Source: the human T2T-CHM13v2.0 reference genome, Homo sapiens
DNA: 64,000 bases
Direction: 5' to 3' (one strand)
Assembly (NCBI RefSeq): GCF_009914755.1
Contig: NC_060948.1
The first letter of the stretch is position 1, and each line of letters opens with the position of its first letter. The notes below the pieces were generated by a model that did not search any database, was not told where the DNA came from, and worked only from the letters and a program-made list of their open reading frames with translations. Below, in pieces: positions 10,451 to 30,516 of this stretch. The position numbers and the translations under genes are program-made.

Positions 10451-12466
10451 GTATTGGAAGTTTTAGTCAGAGCAATCAGGCAAGAGAAAGAAATAAAGTG
10501 TATTCAAATAGGAAGAGAGTAAATCAAATTTTCTCTGTATGAAAATGACATAATGATGTATTTAGAAAAAACCATTGTGTCCGCCCCAAATCTCCTTAAG
10601 ATGATATGCAATTTCAGCAAAGTCTTAGGATACAAAATCCATGTGCAAAAATCACAAGCAGTCCTATGCACCAATAACAGACAAACAGAGAGCCACATCA
10701 TGAGTGAACTCCCATTCACAATTGCTACTGAGAGAATAAAATACCTAGGAAAACAACTTACAAGAGATGTGAAGGACCCTTCCAAAGAGAATTACAAACC
10801 ACTTGCTCAAGGATATAAGAGAGAACAAAAACAAATGGAAAAGCATTCCATGCTCATGGATAAGAAGAATCAACACTGTGAAAATGGCCATACTGCCCAA
10901 AGTAATTTATAGGTTCAGTGCTCTCCCCATCAAGCTGCCATTGACTTTCTTTACAGAATTTTATATTTAAAAAACTAGTTTAAATTTTGTATGGAACCAA
11001 AAAAGAGCTCATATAGCCAAGAAAATCCTAAGCAGAAAGAAAAAGCTGGAGGCATCATGCTACCTGACTTAATACTACACTAAAAGTCCACAGTAACCAA
11101 AACAGAATGGCACTGGTACCAAAACAGATATATAGACCAATGAAACAGAATAGAGGCCTCAGAAATAATGCCACACATCTATAACAATCAGATCTTTGAC
11201 AAACCTGACAAAACCAAGCAATGGTAAAAAATTCCCTGTTTAACAAATAGTGTTGGGAGAACTGGCTAGCCTTAGGCAGAAAACTGAAACTGGACCCATT
11301 CCTCAAACCTTATACAAAAATTAACTCAAGATGGATTAAAGACTTAAATGTGGGCCTAAAACTATAAAAAACCTAGAAGAAAACCTAGGCAATAACCATT
11401 CAGAACATAAGCATTGGTAAAATCTTCCTGACAAAAACACCAAAAGCAATGTCAACAAAAGCCAAAATTGAGAAATGGGATCTAATCAAGCTAACAAGCT
11501 TCTGCACAGCAAAAAAATAAACTATCATCAGAGTGGACAGGCAACCTACAGAATGGGAGAAGATTTTTGCAAAGGGATAATTTGACAGAGGGCTAATATC
11601 CAGAATCTACAAAGAACTTAAACAAATTTACAAGAAAAAAAAACAATCAGATCAAAAAGTTGGTGAAGGATATGAACAGACACTTCTCAAAAGAAGACAT
11701 TTAAGCACCCAATAAACGTTTGAAAAAAATCTCATCACTGGTCATTAGAGAGATGCAAATTAAAACCACAATGAGATACCATCTCACTCCAGTTAGAATG
11801 GCAATCACTAAAAAGTCAGGAAACAACATATGCTGAAGAGGATGTGGAGAAACAGGAACAGTTTTATACAGTTTATGTGAGTGTAAATTAGTTAACCCAT
11901 TGTGGAAAACAGTATGATGATTCCTCAAGGATCTAGAACCAGAAATACCAATGGACCCAGCAATTCCATTACTGGGTATATACTCAAAGGATTATAAATC
12001 AACCAACTATAAAGAAATATGCACACATATGTTTATTGCAGCGTGTTTCACAATATCAAAGACTTGGAACCAACCCAAATGTTCATCAATGATAGAATAG
12101 ATAAAGAAAATGTGGCATGTATATGCTGTGGAATACTATGCAGCCACAAAAAGGGATGAGTTCATGTTCTTTGCAGTAACATGGATGAAGCTGGAAACCA
12201 TGATTCTCAGCAAACTAACACAAGAACAGAAAATCAAACATTGCATGTTCTGACTCATAAGTAGGAGCTGATCAATGAGAACACATGGACACAGGGAGGG
12301 GAACATCACATACAGGGGTGGGGGGTTGGAGGGGTTTGAGAGGGTTAGCACTGGGAGAAATACCTAATGTAGATGATGAGGGTTGATGGGAACAGCAAAC
12401 TACCATAATACCTGTATACCTGTGCAACAAACCCGCACGTTCTGCCCATGTATTCCAGAACTTAAA

Positions 12467-12467
<1 letters not shown>
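10451..12467 (+). mobile_element. LINE-1 (L1PA7-like), 3' part of ORF2 and 3'UTR
   Basis: Resumes [16 protein letters not shown] exactly where the 5' part stops; 3' end CCAGAACTTAAAGTA. Confidence 0.95.
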
Positions 12468-12517
<50 letters not shown>

Positions 12518-12588
12518 TACACACATATATATACATACACACACACATACACACACACACACGCACATGTATATTTTATATATATATA
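12468..12588. repeat. Compound (TA)n(CA)n microsatellite in place of the L1 poly(A) tail
   Basis: Read directly. Confidence 0.95.
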
Positions 12589-13449
12589 AACTTGGAATCT
12601 GTGTTTTTTCTAAGTTTTCACATAAGCTAGGGTCCTCTGGTAATTACTACAATTACTACCAACCCTCCAATTCAGCAATTAATCCATTTACTCAGGAAGG
12701 TTGAGAACATTGTCACCTGGTTACTTTGTTGTTTCATTAATATCCCTCATTCTGTCGTTAAACACTCCTGCTACTTTCTGTTGTTAAACTCTCCCTTTCC
12801 TTAAAAATGCAAGAGGCATCTCTTTCTACCTGCTTTCTCAATGTAATGGCTTTCTCCCTGAAGATAACTGTTTTCTTTTTCTCCGGGTATTCTCTCACAA
12901 TTCTAATTACTGGTCCTGGAATTTAAGTCTTTATTTTTTTTGTAATGGTGTTTGCCTGGCTATGACTTTTGTAGCCTCTTCTAAAATCTCTGCTACTCTA
13001 AAATTGAACATTTGGCCTCATCATTATCTATGGACCCTTTCCACCATTTTATCTACCAATACATTTTCAATGATTTTAATTTTGAATCAAATGTCCAACA
13101 TCACTAGAAAGTTGTTGCATCCTGTGGAAAATTGTCTAGGGACTTCATTGAAAATATCTTTTGCATTTTTAAAATTATTTTTAGTCTATTTATCATACTT
13201 TTCTAATCAGATTTTTTCATAGCTGGAACAATGATTTAATTCTTCCATCTTTCTCTCTGTGTGTGTGAGAGAGAATGTGGACAACAGCCACCATATAACT
13301 GGCTGTGTCATATGCTCAGATACTGTGAAAAATAATGAGACATTGTTTAGGGATTTTAGATTTCAGATGACTAATTTTGTTTATCTCTTTGACTGTTAAG
13401 AATAATACTTCTAATTAAATTCATTTTAGATTTACTAAAACATTTTTAA

Positions 13450-14445
13450 GAGATGCCATCTAACAGAATGGCTACTAATAAAATGTCAAAAAATAAAAAA
13501 TACTGGTGAGATTACGGAGAAAAAGATATGCTTGTACACTGTTGGTGGGAGTGTAAATTAGTTCAGTCTTTGTGAAAGACAGTGTGGCAGTTCCTCAAAT
13601 ATGTAAACATCAAAATACCGTTCAACCCAGAAATCCCATTACTGGGTATATACCCAAAGGAATATAAATTATTCTGGATGTTTACTGCAACACTATTCAA
13701 AATAGGAGGGAAATTGAATTAATCTAAATGCCCATGAGTGATAGACTGGATAAAGAAAATGTGATGACTGGGCATGGTGGCTCACACCAGTAATCCCAGC
13801 ACTTTGGGAGGCTGAGGCAGGCAGATCACAAGGTCAGGAGATTGAGACCATCCTGGCTAACGTGGTGAAATCCCACCTCTACTAACAATACAAAAAATTA
13901 GCCGGGCATGGTGACTTGCACCTGTATTCCCAGCTACTCTGGAGGTTGAGGCAGTAGAATCACTTGAATCTGGGTGGGGGAAGTTGCAGTGAGCCGAGAT
14001 GGTGCCACTGCTCTGGAGCCTGGCAACACAGCAAGACTTTGTCTCAAAAACAAACAAACAAACAAAAAACAAGAACAACAATATATACAAGATGGAATAT
14101 CATGTAGTCATAAAAAAGAATGAGATTATACCCTTTGTGGGATCATGGATGGACCACTATACTTAGCAAACTAATGTGGAACAGAAAAACCAAATACCAC
14201 ATATTCTCATTTATAAGTGGAAACTAAAAGGCAAGAGAATACATGGACACCCAGAAGGGAACAACACATAAGGAGGCCTTTTGGAGACTGGAGGTAGGAG
14301 AAGGGAGAGGCTCAGGAAAAATAATTAATGGATATTAGGCTGAATACCTGAGTGATGAAGTAATCTGTACAACAAACCACCATGATGGAAGTTTACCTAT
14401 GCAACAAACCTGCACATGTGTCCTTGAACTTAAAAGTTTTTTAAA
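13450..14445 (+). mobile_element. Older L1 3' end (L1PA/PB) interrupted by an Alu
   Basis: AATCCCATTACTGGGTATATACCCAAAGG...ACAAACCTGCACATGTGTCCTTGAACTTAAAAG. Confidence 0.85.
13768..14080 (+). mobile_element. Alu (AluSc-like)
   Basis: Dimeric Alu with (CAAA)n tail. Confidence 0.93.
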
Positions 14446-15319
14446 AAATTATCCAGTTTACTGTCATTAATTATTTCATAGCAAACAAACATTGTATTTT
14501 CTTTTTTCCAGTAAGAGAAAATTTCAAGTGACATTCCGGAAATTTGCATTCTTTAGATCTCTTTGTTTCTTCCAATTCTGGTCTTCATTTCAGCTTTAGC
14601 TAAACCCTAGCTCCAGGTCCCATGAGTGACCATCATAGTACGTCCTCTATCTTTGTTTCCTGGTGAGCTCACGTTTGTGTCTCTCTGAAGCACCCAGAAT
14701 TCTTTCACTTGCAATGCCTAAGTCCAGACTTCCTATTCTTTATAGTCCAGAAACTTGAAATTTGCATTTTACAGACCCAAGCATCCATATTGTCTAGGAA
14801 ACTGATGGATATGTCAGAAATAATGTAAGTCAGACTCCATCTCCAAGCCTACTTCTCTTGTATGTAACCCAGCTAGGAATTTATTTAGTTGGTCTTCACT
14901 GATCTGTGGCATTCTTTCTCCTTTCACAACTTTGCACATCAGTCCAGTGTGGATCGAAGTTTAAGAAACCAGAGCCCAAACCAGTAAACATTCTTGTCAT
15001 AGGTCTCATTTCTTCTCACATAGTCTGCTTACTAGAAAGGCATTTTAGATATATCTTCTCATGCGGTTAAATGTCAGTCTTGAAGTTAGTAAAAATGAAT
15101 CATGAACTGTAAGATGTCTGAAGTGTTGCAGATCACTGAAGTTTTGTTCAAGCAATCCTATACCTACCTATTCTAGGCAGATCACAGTTCTATTTGTATA
15201 CACAACCCACCTTGAGCTTGAACATAGGCTTGATAAAGGATATGCACTGAACATCTCTTTAGTCAGTAGAGCAGTTCTTTGCTGAATGCAGTAAACCTGT
15301 TGACACTGAAAGTGTTCTA

Positions 15320-15518
15320 CAAAGAAAGAAACAACATACATTGGGATCTACTTGGGGAGAAGGATGGGAGGAGGGAGAGGAGCAGGAAAGAACTGTTGGG
15401 CATGGGTCTTGATACTAGGATGATAAAATAATCTGTACAACAAAATCCTGTGATGTGTGTTACTGATGTAAAAACCTTCACATGTACCCCCAAACCTAAA
15501 AGTCAAGAAAAAGAGAAA
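15320..15518 (+). mobile_element. Short L1 3'-end fragment
   Basis: GATAAAATAATCTGTACAACAAA...CACATGTACCCCCAAACCTAAAA. Confidence 0.75.
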
Positions 15519-15674
15519 ATGTTCTATTACTTTAAGCAAAAACTCTGATTTTGACTTATTAGCAAATTTTAATAATGCCATATTATAATACTCACCATCT
15601 GTTTATTTGTGAGAAAATGACTGTTTAAAGTACTTGGTATTTCTTCAAATGTTACACATAACTAAGATTTAAAG

Positions 15675-16209
15675 CAGTAGTCCCCAAGTTTTTTGGCACC
15701 AGGACCAGTTTAGTGGAAGACAATTTTTCCATGGACAGTGGTGACAGGTTTTGGAGTGGGTGATTTCTGGATGATTCAAGCACATTACATTTATTGTGCA
15801 CTGTATATCTATGATTATTATATTGTAATATATAATGAAATTATATATATACATAAAATATATAATGAAATAAGACACTTCACCATAATGGAATTGGTGG
15901 GAACCCTAAGCTTATTTTCCTGAAACTAGGTGGTCCCATCTAGAGGTGACAAGATACAGTGAAAGATCATCAGGCATTAGATTTTCGTAAAGAAGTTGCA
16001 GCTTATATCCCTTGCATGCACAGTTCATTATGGAGTTATTGCTCATATGAGAATCTACTGCTGCTGCTGATCTGACAGGAGGCAGAGCTCAGACAGTGAT
16101 GTGAGCAATGAGGAGGGACTGTAAATACAGATCTAGCTTTTCTTGTTGAACCACCAATCACAGGCCCTAGACCAGTAGTGGTCCATGGCCCAGGGGCTGG
16201 GGACCCATG
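15675..16209 (+). mobile_element. MER1A (hAT-Charlie non-autonomous DNA transposon)
   Basis: CAGTAGTCCCCAA...GGGGACCCATG termini; perfect 8-bp TSD ATTTAAAG. Confidence 0.88.
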
Positions 16210-17002
16210 ATTTAAAGCATCCTTGTGTCTTAAATATTGTGCAAATAGCACATGTCTAAAGTTTAGTTCTTAAGCAACAGGTCCTGGGTCAAGTATTCTT
16301 GTGTGGTGAGGTGCTGAGAAAATGCTCCCTGGAGAAACTCATAGAAGGCAAAGACAAGTAGGTAGAGAAGACCAGGAGCCCTCAGTTTGATCCCATAGGG
16401 AACTGTAGAGCCTAAGTGGTCCCAGAGGACATTTCTCAACTAAAACAAATGAAGCAGAGCACATTGGTCAGGCGTGGCTAGTAGTTGACTTAGGGTGTGC
16501 CCAGGAGTATCAACTCCCAGGGATCTCCAGGTAAGGAAGAAGCAAATAAATGGTTCTCTTAAAAATAGTGCAGGTATGAATTTGTAGTAGCAATAGCACA
16601 GCATCTCTATGAAGAGGATTTGCATGGAGAACCCAGCTTCTAGTAGCATGAAAAGTCTATTTTCAGCCTCAATTTTATGTGGTCTATAAAACTCTATCGG
16701 TACACAGCCTCTTGACTTACTCTTGAATAAAATGCCATTTCCTAGCCAGAGTTTCTCTTTCTCCAAGGTATTCAGCTGCTTTCTTCCTATGTCTTCACTT
16801 GTTACTTCGAGTTTGGCACAAGCAATTAATTTCTGTCTCTGAATGCAACCCTGTTTAATTCACCAAGGAGATATGCCTCTTAAGAGCATTTTAGCCTCAC
16901 AATTAACACATAGTTTTTTAGTGGGTTTATAATCTGCTTCTCCTCAAGAAGAAGAAAAATCAGGATGAAAGCCCCCTGCAATTATTCATGGTATTACTAT
17001 AA

Positions 17003-17782
<780 letters not shown>

Positions 17783-17792
17783 TAATTTTTAA

Positions 17793-18144
<352 letters not shown>

Positions 18145-19274
18145 ATGTCTCTTCATTTTTAAAATTTGAAATCTGCTTTGTTGTCATGTTTAGGAAATGC
18201 TCCAATGACATATATTCCTCATTTTATTTTTATACTCACTTTCCACACAGAGTAACAGATTTTATTTGCAATTCTACCTATTTAAATTGCAGGTTACTAT
18301 GAAAATTAGACCAGACTAGACATTTTCAGGCTTTGCAGCATGTAAGAATAAATTGGATGAACCATTCTACTTGGAGATTCTATGTCCTCATGTGGAGCAA
18401 GACTAGCTCTATCAGAGTGGTTGGAACAAGGATGGGTCTATTTAACAGTTAGTCCCATGTGATTGTGCAGTGAGTTGCCCATGGTGCAAATACTAAGACC
18501 TGCTGTGAGGGGATCAGTTTTAGGAAGACAAAGGATCATCTAACTTGTTTGCATTTTCTTAGTTGCATTAATGGGTGCTGAAATAACATTTTTTTCCCCT
18601 TAAATAGACCGTGGATAATCAATGCTTCCCTCATTCTCATGAAATCAAGCAGAGCAAAACCGTAAAATCCTTTCATTTCCTATTTGCATGTAAAGGTCTG
18701 GGTCAGGTTTTCCTGCCCTGATAAATGTGTGGCCTTCCTGTTTTTACTATTTTCCACATTTTCTGAATCTTATGAGATTTCTGCTTTGCATAATGTTGCA
18801 CTACATGATATGTGTCCTGTTGCTTTCCAAACTTTTCATGTTTCAAACTTATTATCCTCAGTACTGTATTTTGTTTTACTCACAGCTCATTCATGGATAA
18901 CTTACTTACACTTATATGCCCCTCCATATGACAGTGAACTCCTATTCATCCCTCAAAAACCTAAATAGCTAGTACCATCTCTGGAAAGTTATTTTCTTAT
19001 ACATTATCTCTTCATTCATCCCTGTATACCTCTTTATTTTATTTTTTCTGTCTGTACTCTCCCTATAATTTCAGTATTTCCATGTCTGCACTCATTTATT
19101 GAACATGAACGTGCATATCACCCCTCTAAAACTGCAAGAGGTGTTGGAGGGACATTATTTATTTTTCTGTTTATTCATTCATTTACTTACACATTTGCCT
19201 TATTTTCAGTGGTTAGTATATTGTCTGGTATATGGTAGGGATATAATTTTTTAGTTGAATTTATCTAAATCATC

Positions 19275-19440
19275 TTGTATCAGCAGTCATTGGCTGTTAC
19301 AGTTGAGAGATTGGGCCCTACTCGTGTCCAGTTTGTAGAGACCAGGGGTGATGATAAAAATCCTACACTGTACAGTACAGTCCCCCTAGCAAACAATCAT
19401 TGGGTCCAAAATGTCACCTGGCCAGAGGTGAGAATTCCTG
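19275..19440 (-). mobile_element. MER20 fragment
   Basis: GTAGAGACCAGGGGTGATG..AAATCCTACACTGTACAG..CCAAAATGTCA motifs. Confidence 0.65.
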
Positions 19441-19597
19441 ACTGTGTTGTGTGCTTCCTGATGGTAAGCTCTACATAACTTGTAAGTTATGTTAGAAGTC
19501 ACATAATTCGAGATTTTTGCAAAGAACACAATGAAGTATACTTCCAGAGTAGTGACAAGACAATGTGCCAAAGTCAATCTTATTAAATAAGTTGATG

Positions 19598-20116
19598 TCT
19601 GTTAATTCTGATGATAGTTTATTTTGCTGTGCAGAAGCTCTTTAGTTTGATTATATCCCATTTGTCAATTTTGGCTTTTGTTGCCATTGCTTTTGGTGTT
19701 TTAGTTATGAGGTATTTTTTCATGCCTATGTCGTGAATGGTATTGCCTATGCTTGCTTCTAGGGTTTTTTATGGTTTTGGATTTTGCCTTTAAGTCTTTA
19801 ATCCATCTTGAGTTAATTTTTGTATAAGGTGGAAGGAAGGGGTCTGGTTTCTGTTTTCTGCATATGGCTAGCCAGTTTTCACAGCACAATTTATTAAATA
19901 GGGAATCTTCACCATTGCTTGTTTTTGTCAGGTTTTATGGAGGTAAGATGGTTGTAGATATGTGGTGTTATTTCTGAAGTCTCTGTTCTGTTCCATTGAT
20001 CTGTATATCTGTTTTGGTACCAGTACCATGTTGTTTTGCTTACTGTAGCCTTGTAGTATAGTTTGAAATCAGGTAGCATGATGCCTTCAGCTTTGTTCTT
20101 TCTGCTTAGTACTGTG
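19598..20116 (-). mobile_element. Older L1 ORF2 internal fragment (continues at 24821-24897)
   Basis: ORF 19701-19889 [22 protein letters not shown]; the continuation encodes [18 protein letters not shown]. Confidence 0.88.
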
Positions 20117-24820
<4,704 letters not shown>

Positions 24821-25639
24821 TTATTTGATTCCACATAAAATTTAGAGTAGTTTTTTCTAAATCTGTGAGGAAAGTCAATGGTAGTTTGATGGGAATATAC
24901 TTGGTGATAGATTGATTAATTGCATAATTGAAGAATTAATTTTTTTTGTAAAAATTTTATGTGAGGTTTTTGAAGATGTATGTCGGCTATATGCTAGAAG
25001 AATCTCATTCATTGCCTTCATTTTCAGAGTAAAATCCAGTGAACTTTGTCTGATATAGTTCATTCCTCCTTCATAGCCTTATCTCATGTTAGCAACAAAT
25101 CCAAGGATATTTCTTCCATATGCCATATTCTCACTCACTTGAGTCAGAAGAATAGTATAAAATTTTTGTTTTGTTTTGTTTTGTTTTGCATTTTGCTTTT
25201 ATTGATTCTACATTCTTTCTGACAAAGTGAAGAATATACCAAAAGGGAAAATTCAGCAAGTATTTCCAATGGAACAATCTCAGAGCTGTGTTGGAAATGG
25301 GAAAAGTCTGCCATTATGATGATATAGTTCTGCCTTCCCCATGGGACAACACAGGCAAAATTAGTTTTGGATTTATTTATTCTGTGTTATTTACAAGATT
25401 TGAAATACTTGTAACATTAACAACTCAACTCTTACCGAATGCTGAAAGATGCATTCATTTAGCCTTCACGTATACTTGAAGGTAAGCAGGCGATACGTGT
25501 TATTAAGAGAGGAACCATCTCAGCTCTCACAAATTATGCAGATCCGAGGAAGAATGAGAGATTTAATCCTTACATTATATTAAGTGTGCTGATGAGAGAT
25601 CATACCTGATCAAGTCTGGTGAGTCAAATAAGGTTCGCA

Positions 25640-26430
25640 GAAATGAAAGATGGCTGAACAGCATGCAGAAAAGGTTGAGTGTAGCCTTGAGTAGAAGTTG
25701 AGTACCAAGGAAATAGTCAAGCTGTTATTAAACAATAAAACATGTTCCTCTATGAGGGCAATCTCAACATGTTTTATGGGCCAAATAATGTCCTATATGG
25801 CTGATATTTAGCACGCTAGAGGGATGGGAAAAAGTACGAGGAAGAATTATGTCATGGGAGCAGTAGGCAGAAGGCTTTGTAGTATTCCAGAAGACCTGAT
25901 TCACATGAAAATAATTCACATGGAAAGAAATGTGGACATTTTTAGCGTGGGAGTAGTGTGATTCATGCTCTGTCTTAGAAGGACAACTCCGGGTACATAA
26001 TGTTGACTGGTTTGGATGGGAAGGAAGATGGCACCAATGAGAAGAAAGTGGATGCTCTTTTTAGCATCAACCAGGCTTCCTCTGATCTTTGCAACCTTCT
26101 TATTGTAGTAATGTGATATAGTAGTGGTTAGAGTGTATGAGTGTCATGGGTAGGCATGTAAGAAACAGATGTGTTCACATGGTATTTACCAAGTGGAATT
26201 GACAGGATCTGCTGACGCATAGGGTCTCAGATGAGGGAAGACAGCAGGGTCCAGAAAAAAATCTTGTGAGCTTTTGACTAGGAAAGGGATAGCAAAGACA
26301 TGAATTGAGACAATGTACACCAGGGTGGCAATAATCACCTGTGGCATAATGGCAAAGAGGGTTAGATGATGCACTTGGTCAGGTCAGTTAAAGAGGAAGA
26401 AGACATCCAAGTTAGGATGTCCTTTAGGTG
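25640..26430. mobile_element. Ancient L2-like fragments
   Basis: Degenerate L2 motifs (GTGGAATTGACAGGATCTGCTGA, GACATCCAAGT..GATGTC). Confidence 0.5.
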
Positions 26431-26474
26431 GTAGAAAATGAGGTGTTGTTTTTTTATTTTTATTTTTATTTTTT

Positions 26475-26985
26475 TACATGTTGTGTAGATATACAGTGGG
26501 ATTTCATTCAGCTTTAAAATAGAAAGAACCAGTGTCATCTGCAACAGCATGAATGAAACTGGAGAACATTAAGTGAAATAAGCCATCCATAGAGAGACAA
26601 ATACCACAAAATCTAACTTATAATGTGAAATTTGAAAAAATCAAACTCATAGAAGTAGAGAATAGATGGTAGTTACCAAGTACTGGGGTGGAAGCCTTGG
26701 GGAGATATTGGTCAAAGCATACAAATTACAAATTAGATGACAAGAATAAGTTTGATAGATCTATTGCACAGCATGGTGACTATAGTTAATTATAGCATAA
26801 TGTATATGTCAAAATTACTAAAACAGTAGATCTTAAATGTTCTCACCAAATGATAGGTTTTTGAAGAGTTGAAGATGTTAATTAGCTTAATTTAATCATG
26901 ATATATACATATATATGGATATTAAGGCCTCCCATTGCAACCTATAAATATATACAATTATTGCCAATTAAAAACAAAATAAAAT
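26475..26985 (+). mobile_element. L1MA 3' end
   Basis: AAACTCATAGAAGTAGAG..CTATTGCACAGCATGGTGACTATAGTTAAT. Confidence 0.82.
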
Positions 26986-27004
26986 AATACTTTTAAAAGC
27001 TCTA

Positions 27005-27300
27005 GGCCAGGTGCAGTGGCTCATGCCTGTAATCCCAGCGTTTTGAGAGGCCAAGGCAGGTCGATCACCTGAGTTCAGGTGTTTGAGACCAGCCTGGCCA
27101 ACAGGGCAAAAACTCACCTCTACTAAAAATAAAAAAAAAATAAGCTGGGCATGGTGACAGGCACCTGTAATCCCCGCTACTTGGGAGACTGAGGCAGGAG
27201 AATTACTTGAATCTGGGAAGTGGAGGTTGCAGTGTGCTGAGATAGTGCCACTGCTTTCCAGCCTGGGTGACAGAACCAGACTCTGTCTCAAAACAAAAAG
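27005..27300 (+). mobile_element. Alu (AluSx-like)
   Basis: Dimeric Alu. Confidence 0.92.
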
Positions 27301-27820
27301 AAGCTCTGAAAAGGTAACTTGAGGTTTCAGAATAATATACACTTTTCCTTCCTTCATGTAATTTTTTAAATCTTTAAACAACCAATTTATTTAATTAGAA
27401 AGCCACAAACATGCAAATGGCAGGTGTATAGAAATTTATTTGAATCAACATTTTCATTGTGGTGAAAATTATTTTTCAACATTGATCCAAGCTCCCACAT
27501 CTGAAGGTTAGGGAAAATATTGAACTTTGCACTTTCTAATACTCCTCATACAGCACAAAAACTTTTAAAAACATTCTGCTAGTTTTGTTTTATAGTTTAG
27601 TTTTGTTTTATAGTTTAGTTTTGTTTTATACCATCACCCAAATTCATGCCTTCATGTAATTTTTTAAATGTTTTCTCTAGAGGTTTTCATCATCTTGAGT
27701 GAAGAGACCTGGATTTGCCAATTTCTTGTGAAAGTACTTGAACTTGAGGAAGACAACTGGAAAATATTACCTGTTATTTCCTATCATGAAAATGAACTTG
27801 AAGCAGAATCTTGCCATTCT

Positions 27821-28120
<300 letters not shown>

Positions 28121-28599
28121 CATCTCTGTAGAACAATTGACCTCCCAGTAGTAAGATTAGACAAGGTCAATATGTGGTCACAATTGGTATGAGCAATATT
28201 TCTTCAGTGTAAGACATTTCTGCATTATTTAATTGGCCCTAACTATTGGACAACTATGTCTTTCATTTAGCCTGTCTTCATTGAACTCCATGTTCTTAGG
28301 AAAATGTGTGTTGTTTGCATATTTTTTCCAAACAATCTTTGAATATTTTAAGACAAGGGTATTTTCCTCATATTGCTTTATTAACTTTATATGAGTAGGC
28401 TGATTTTCCAAAAACTGGGTACTGTATACAGTTGTACTGCTAATTATTGCTTTTCTGGAAAGATATTTGGAGTGCTTGGGGGAAAATTATGTTGGCATGA
28501 AGCTGTTTGGTTGTAGTACCTAAAATGGGAAAAAGATGCTTCAATTCTTTTTTTCAAATACTGTTATGGGATGATAAAGTCTGGAGATCTGGGTTCAAA

Positions 28600-28800
28600 C
28601 AGCAGCAATCTTGATAATTTGGTGGATCATTCTTTGTTTTGACATTATACTGTCCCATTCATTTGTCCTGGATCATTCTTTGTTGTGGCATTATACTGTC
28701 TCATGCACTGTGGGATGTTTATCTCCCTTCCTGCCCTCTACACACTGGAAGCAAATAGCACCCCTCACTCTGAACCTTGCCAAGGAAAAATGTCTCAAGA
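28600..28800 (+). mobile_element. MER20 with an internal ~46-bp duplication
   Basis: GGATCATTCTTTGTT..CATTATACTGTC at 28624 and 28670. Confidence 0.65.
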
Positions 28801-28859
28801 TTAAAATTAAAAGTCAGGAAGGAAGGCATCCAAGTTAGGATGTCCTCTAGGTGGTAAAA

Positions 28860-29068
28860 GGAGAGTAGAACAATGATGCATATATACACAATAGGATTTT
28901 ATCAGCCTTAAAATACAAGAAAATTCTGTCATATGTAAAGGCATGGATAAAGCTGGAAGACATCATGCTAGGTGAAACAAGCCAGGCACAGAGAGACCAA
29001 TACCACATGATCTCACTTATATGTGGAATCTGAAAAAGTCAAACTCATAGAAGTAGAGAGTAGAAATG
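28860..29068 (+). mobile_element. L1MA 3' fragment
   Basis: ATACCACATGATCTCACTTATATGTGGAATCTGAAAAAGTCAAACTCATAGAAG. Confidence 0.8.
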
Positions 29069-29085
29069 ACCCAGTGGGGATTCCG

Positions 29086-29180
29086 TTGCCAGGTTTGGCA
29101 AATAAACAGAGCAAGTTAATTTTGAATATCAGGAAAACATGAGTAATTATTTAGCATATGTATGTCCCTTGCAATATTTT
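29086..29180. mobile_element. MER53 half element
   Basis: GTTGCCAGGTTTGGCAAATAAA..GTTAATTTTGAATATCAG..TATGTCCC. Confidence 0.6.
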
Positions 29181-29742
29181 GTCTGGAAAGCCCACCTGCT
29201 GTATAAACATCACATGCAGCTTGCTATACTTGTTTCTTTCTCAGTACATTTACAAATATCTCAGGATCTCAGTTCTTGCGGGAAGACAAGGCATTCTGCA
29301 TTAGGAGAGTACTCAACATTATTCAACCTGTATATTTTTAGGTAGTATCACAAATTCAAAACAATCAAGTGCCCACATTCTCCCCATTTATTGTTAATTG
29401 AATATTTTTCACCTTCCCTTATACACCAAACTCAGATGGTGTTAAACGCTGATATTTGCTAAATTAACCCATGTCTTGAGGAGGATGTTGTATGGCAAAT
29501 TTCTCAATGACCCTTTAGAAATCTTCTTGTGGGAAATGGCTGAAAATTCTAATTATATGTTACGGGCTTGATAAATTTCTTGTCTGTAATAGTTTTTCCA
29601 CCAGATTATTTCTGCTGGGAAATCTTCATTTGGTAAAAATAAAGTGTATTCTTTTGCTTGAGGAAGAGAGTGGCCTTTATCTTCCAGCCTGCTGGTCCTA
29701 ATCTAATTACGTGGTGTGAAGAGCCATTTTGAGCAGTGAGAC

Positions 29743-29892
29743 CAGACTGCACTGGCAATGAGTAATAACTCCTAACACAACAGCCAACAGACTCACAAAA
29801 TTAAAAGGTACATTCACAGACTGCACTGGCAATAGGTAATAACTCCTAACACAACAGCCAGCAGACTCACAAAATTAAAAGGTATCATTTCA
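29743..29892. repeat. 74-bp tandem duplication
   Basis: CAGACTGCACTGGCAAT...AAAATTAAAAGGTA at 29743 and 29817. Confidence 0.95.
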
Positions 29893-29971
29893 CATTTCTG
29901 GCAAGTTTTACAGCTGATGTAAACATCAAGTAGTTTTTACTCAGAGATTAATGCATAAAGTAGATGCATAA

Positions 29972-30333
<362 letters not shown>

Positions 30334-30516
30334 TGTGTCTATCTCCATTCCCTGAAACTCTGAACATAGAAAGAACTCAATAAATGCTAATTGCTAAATG
30401 GAGATTAAAATAGAGGGTCTCCATCTTAAGCAGAAGCTTATACTTTTCTCCTGGTGAATCACATGATTCTTAGCCTTTCTCCTGTTTTCTTTCTACAAAA
30501 TAAATTGTCTGTATCT

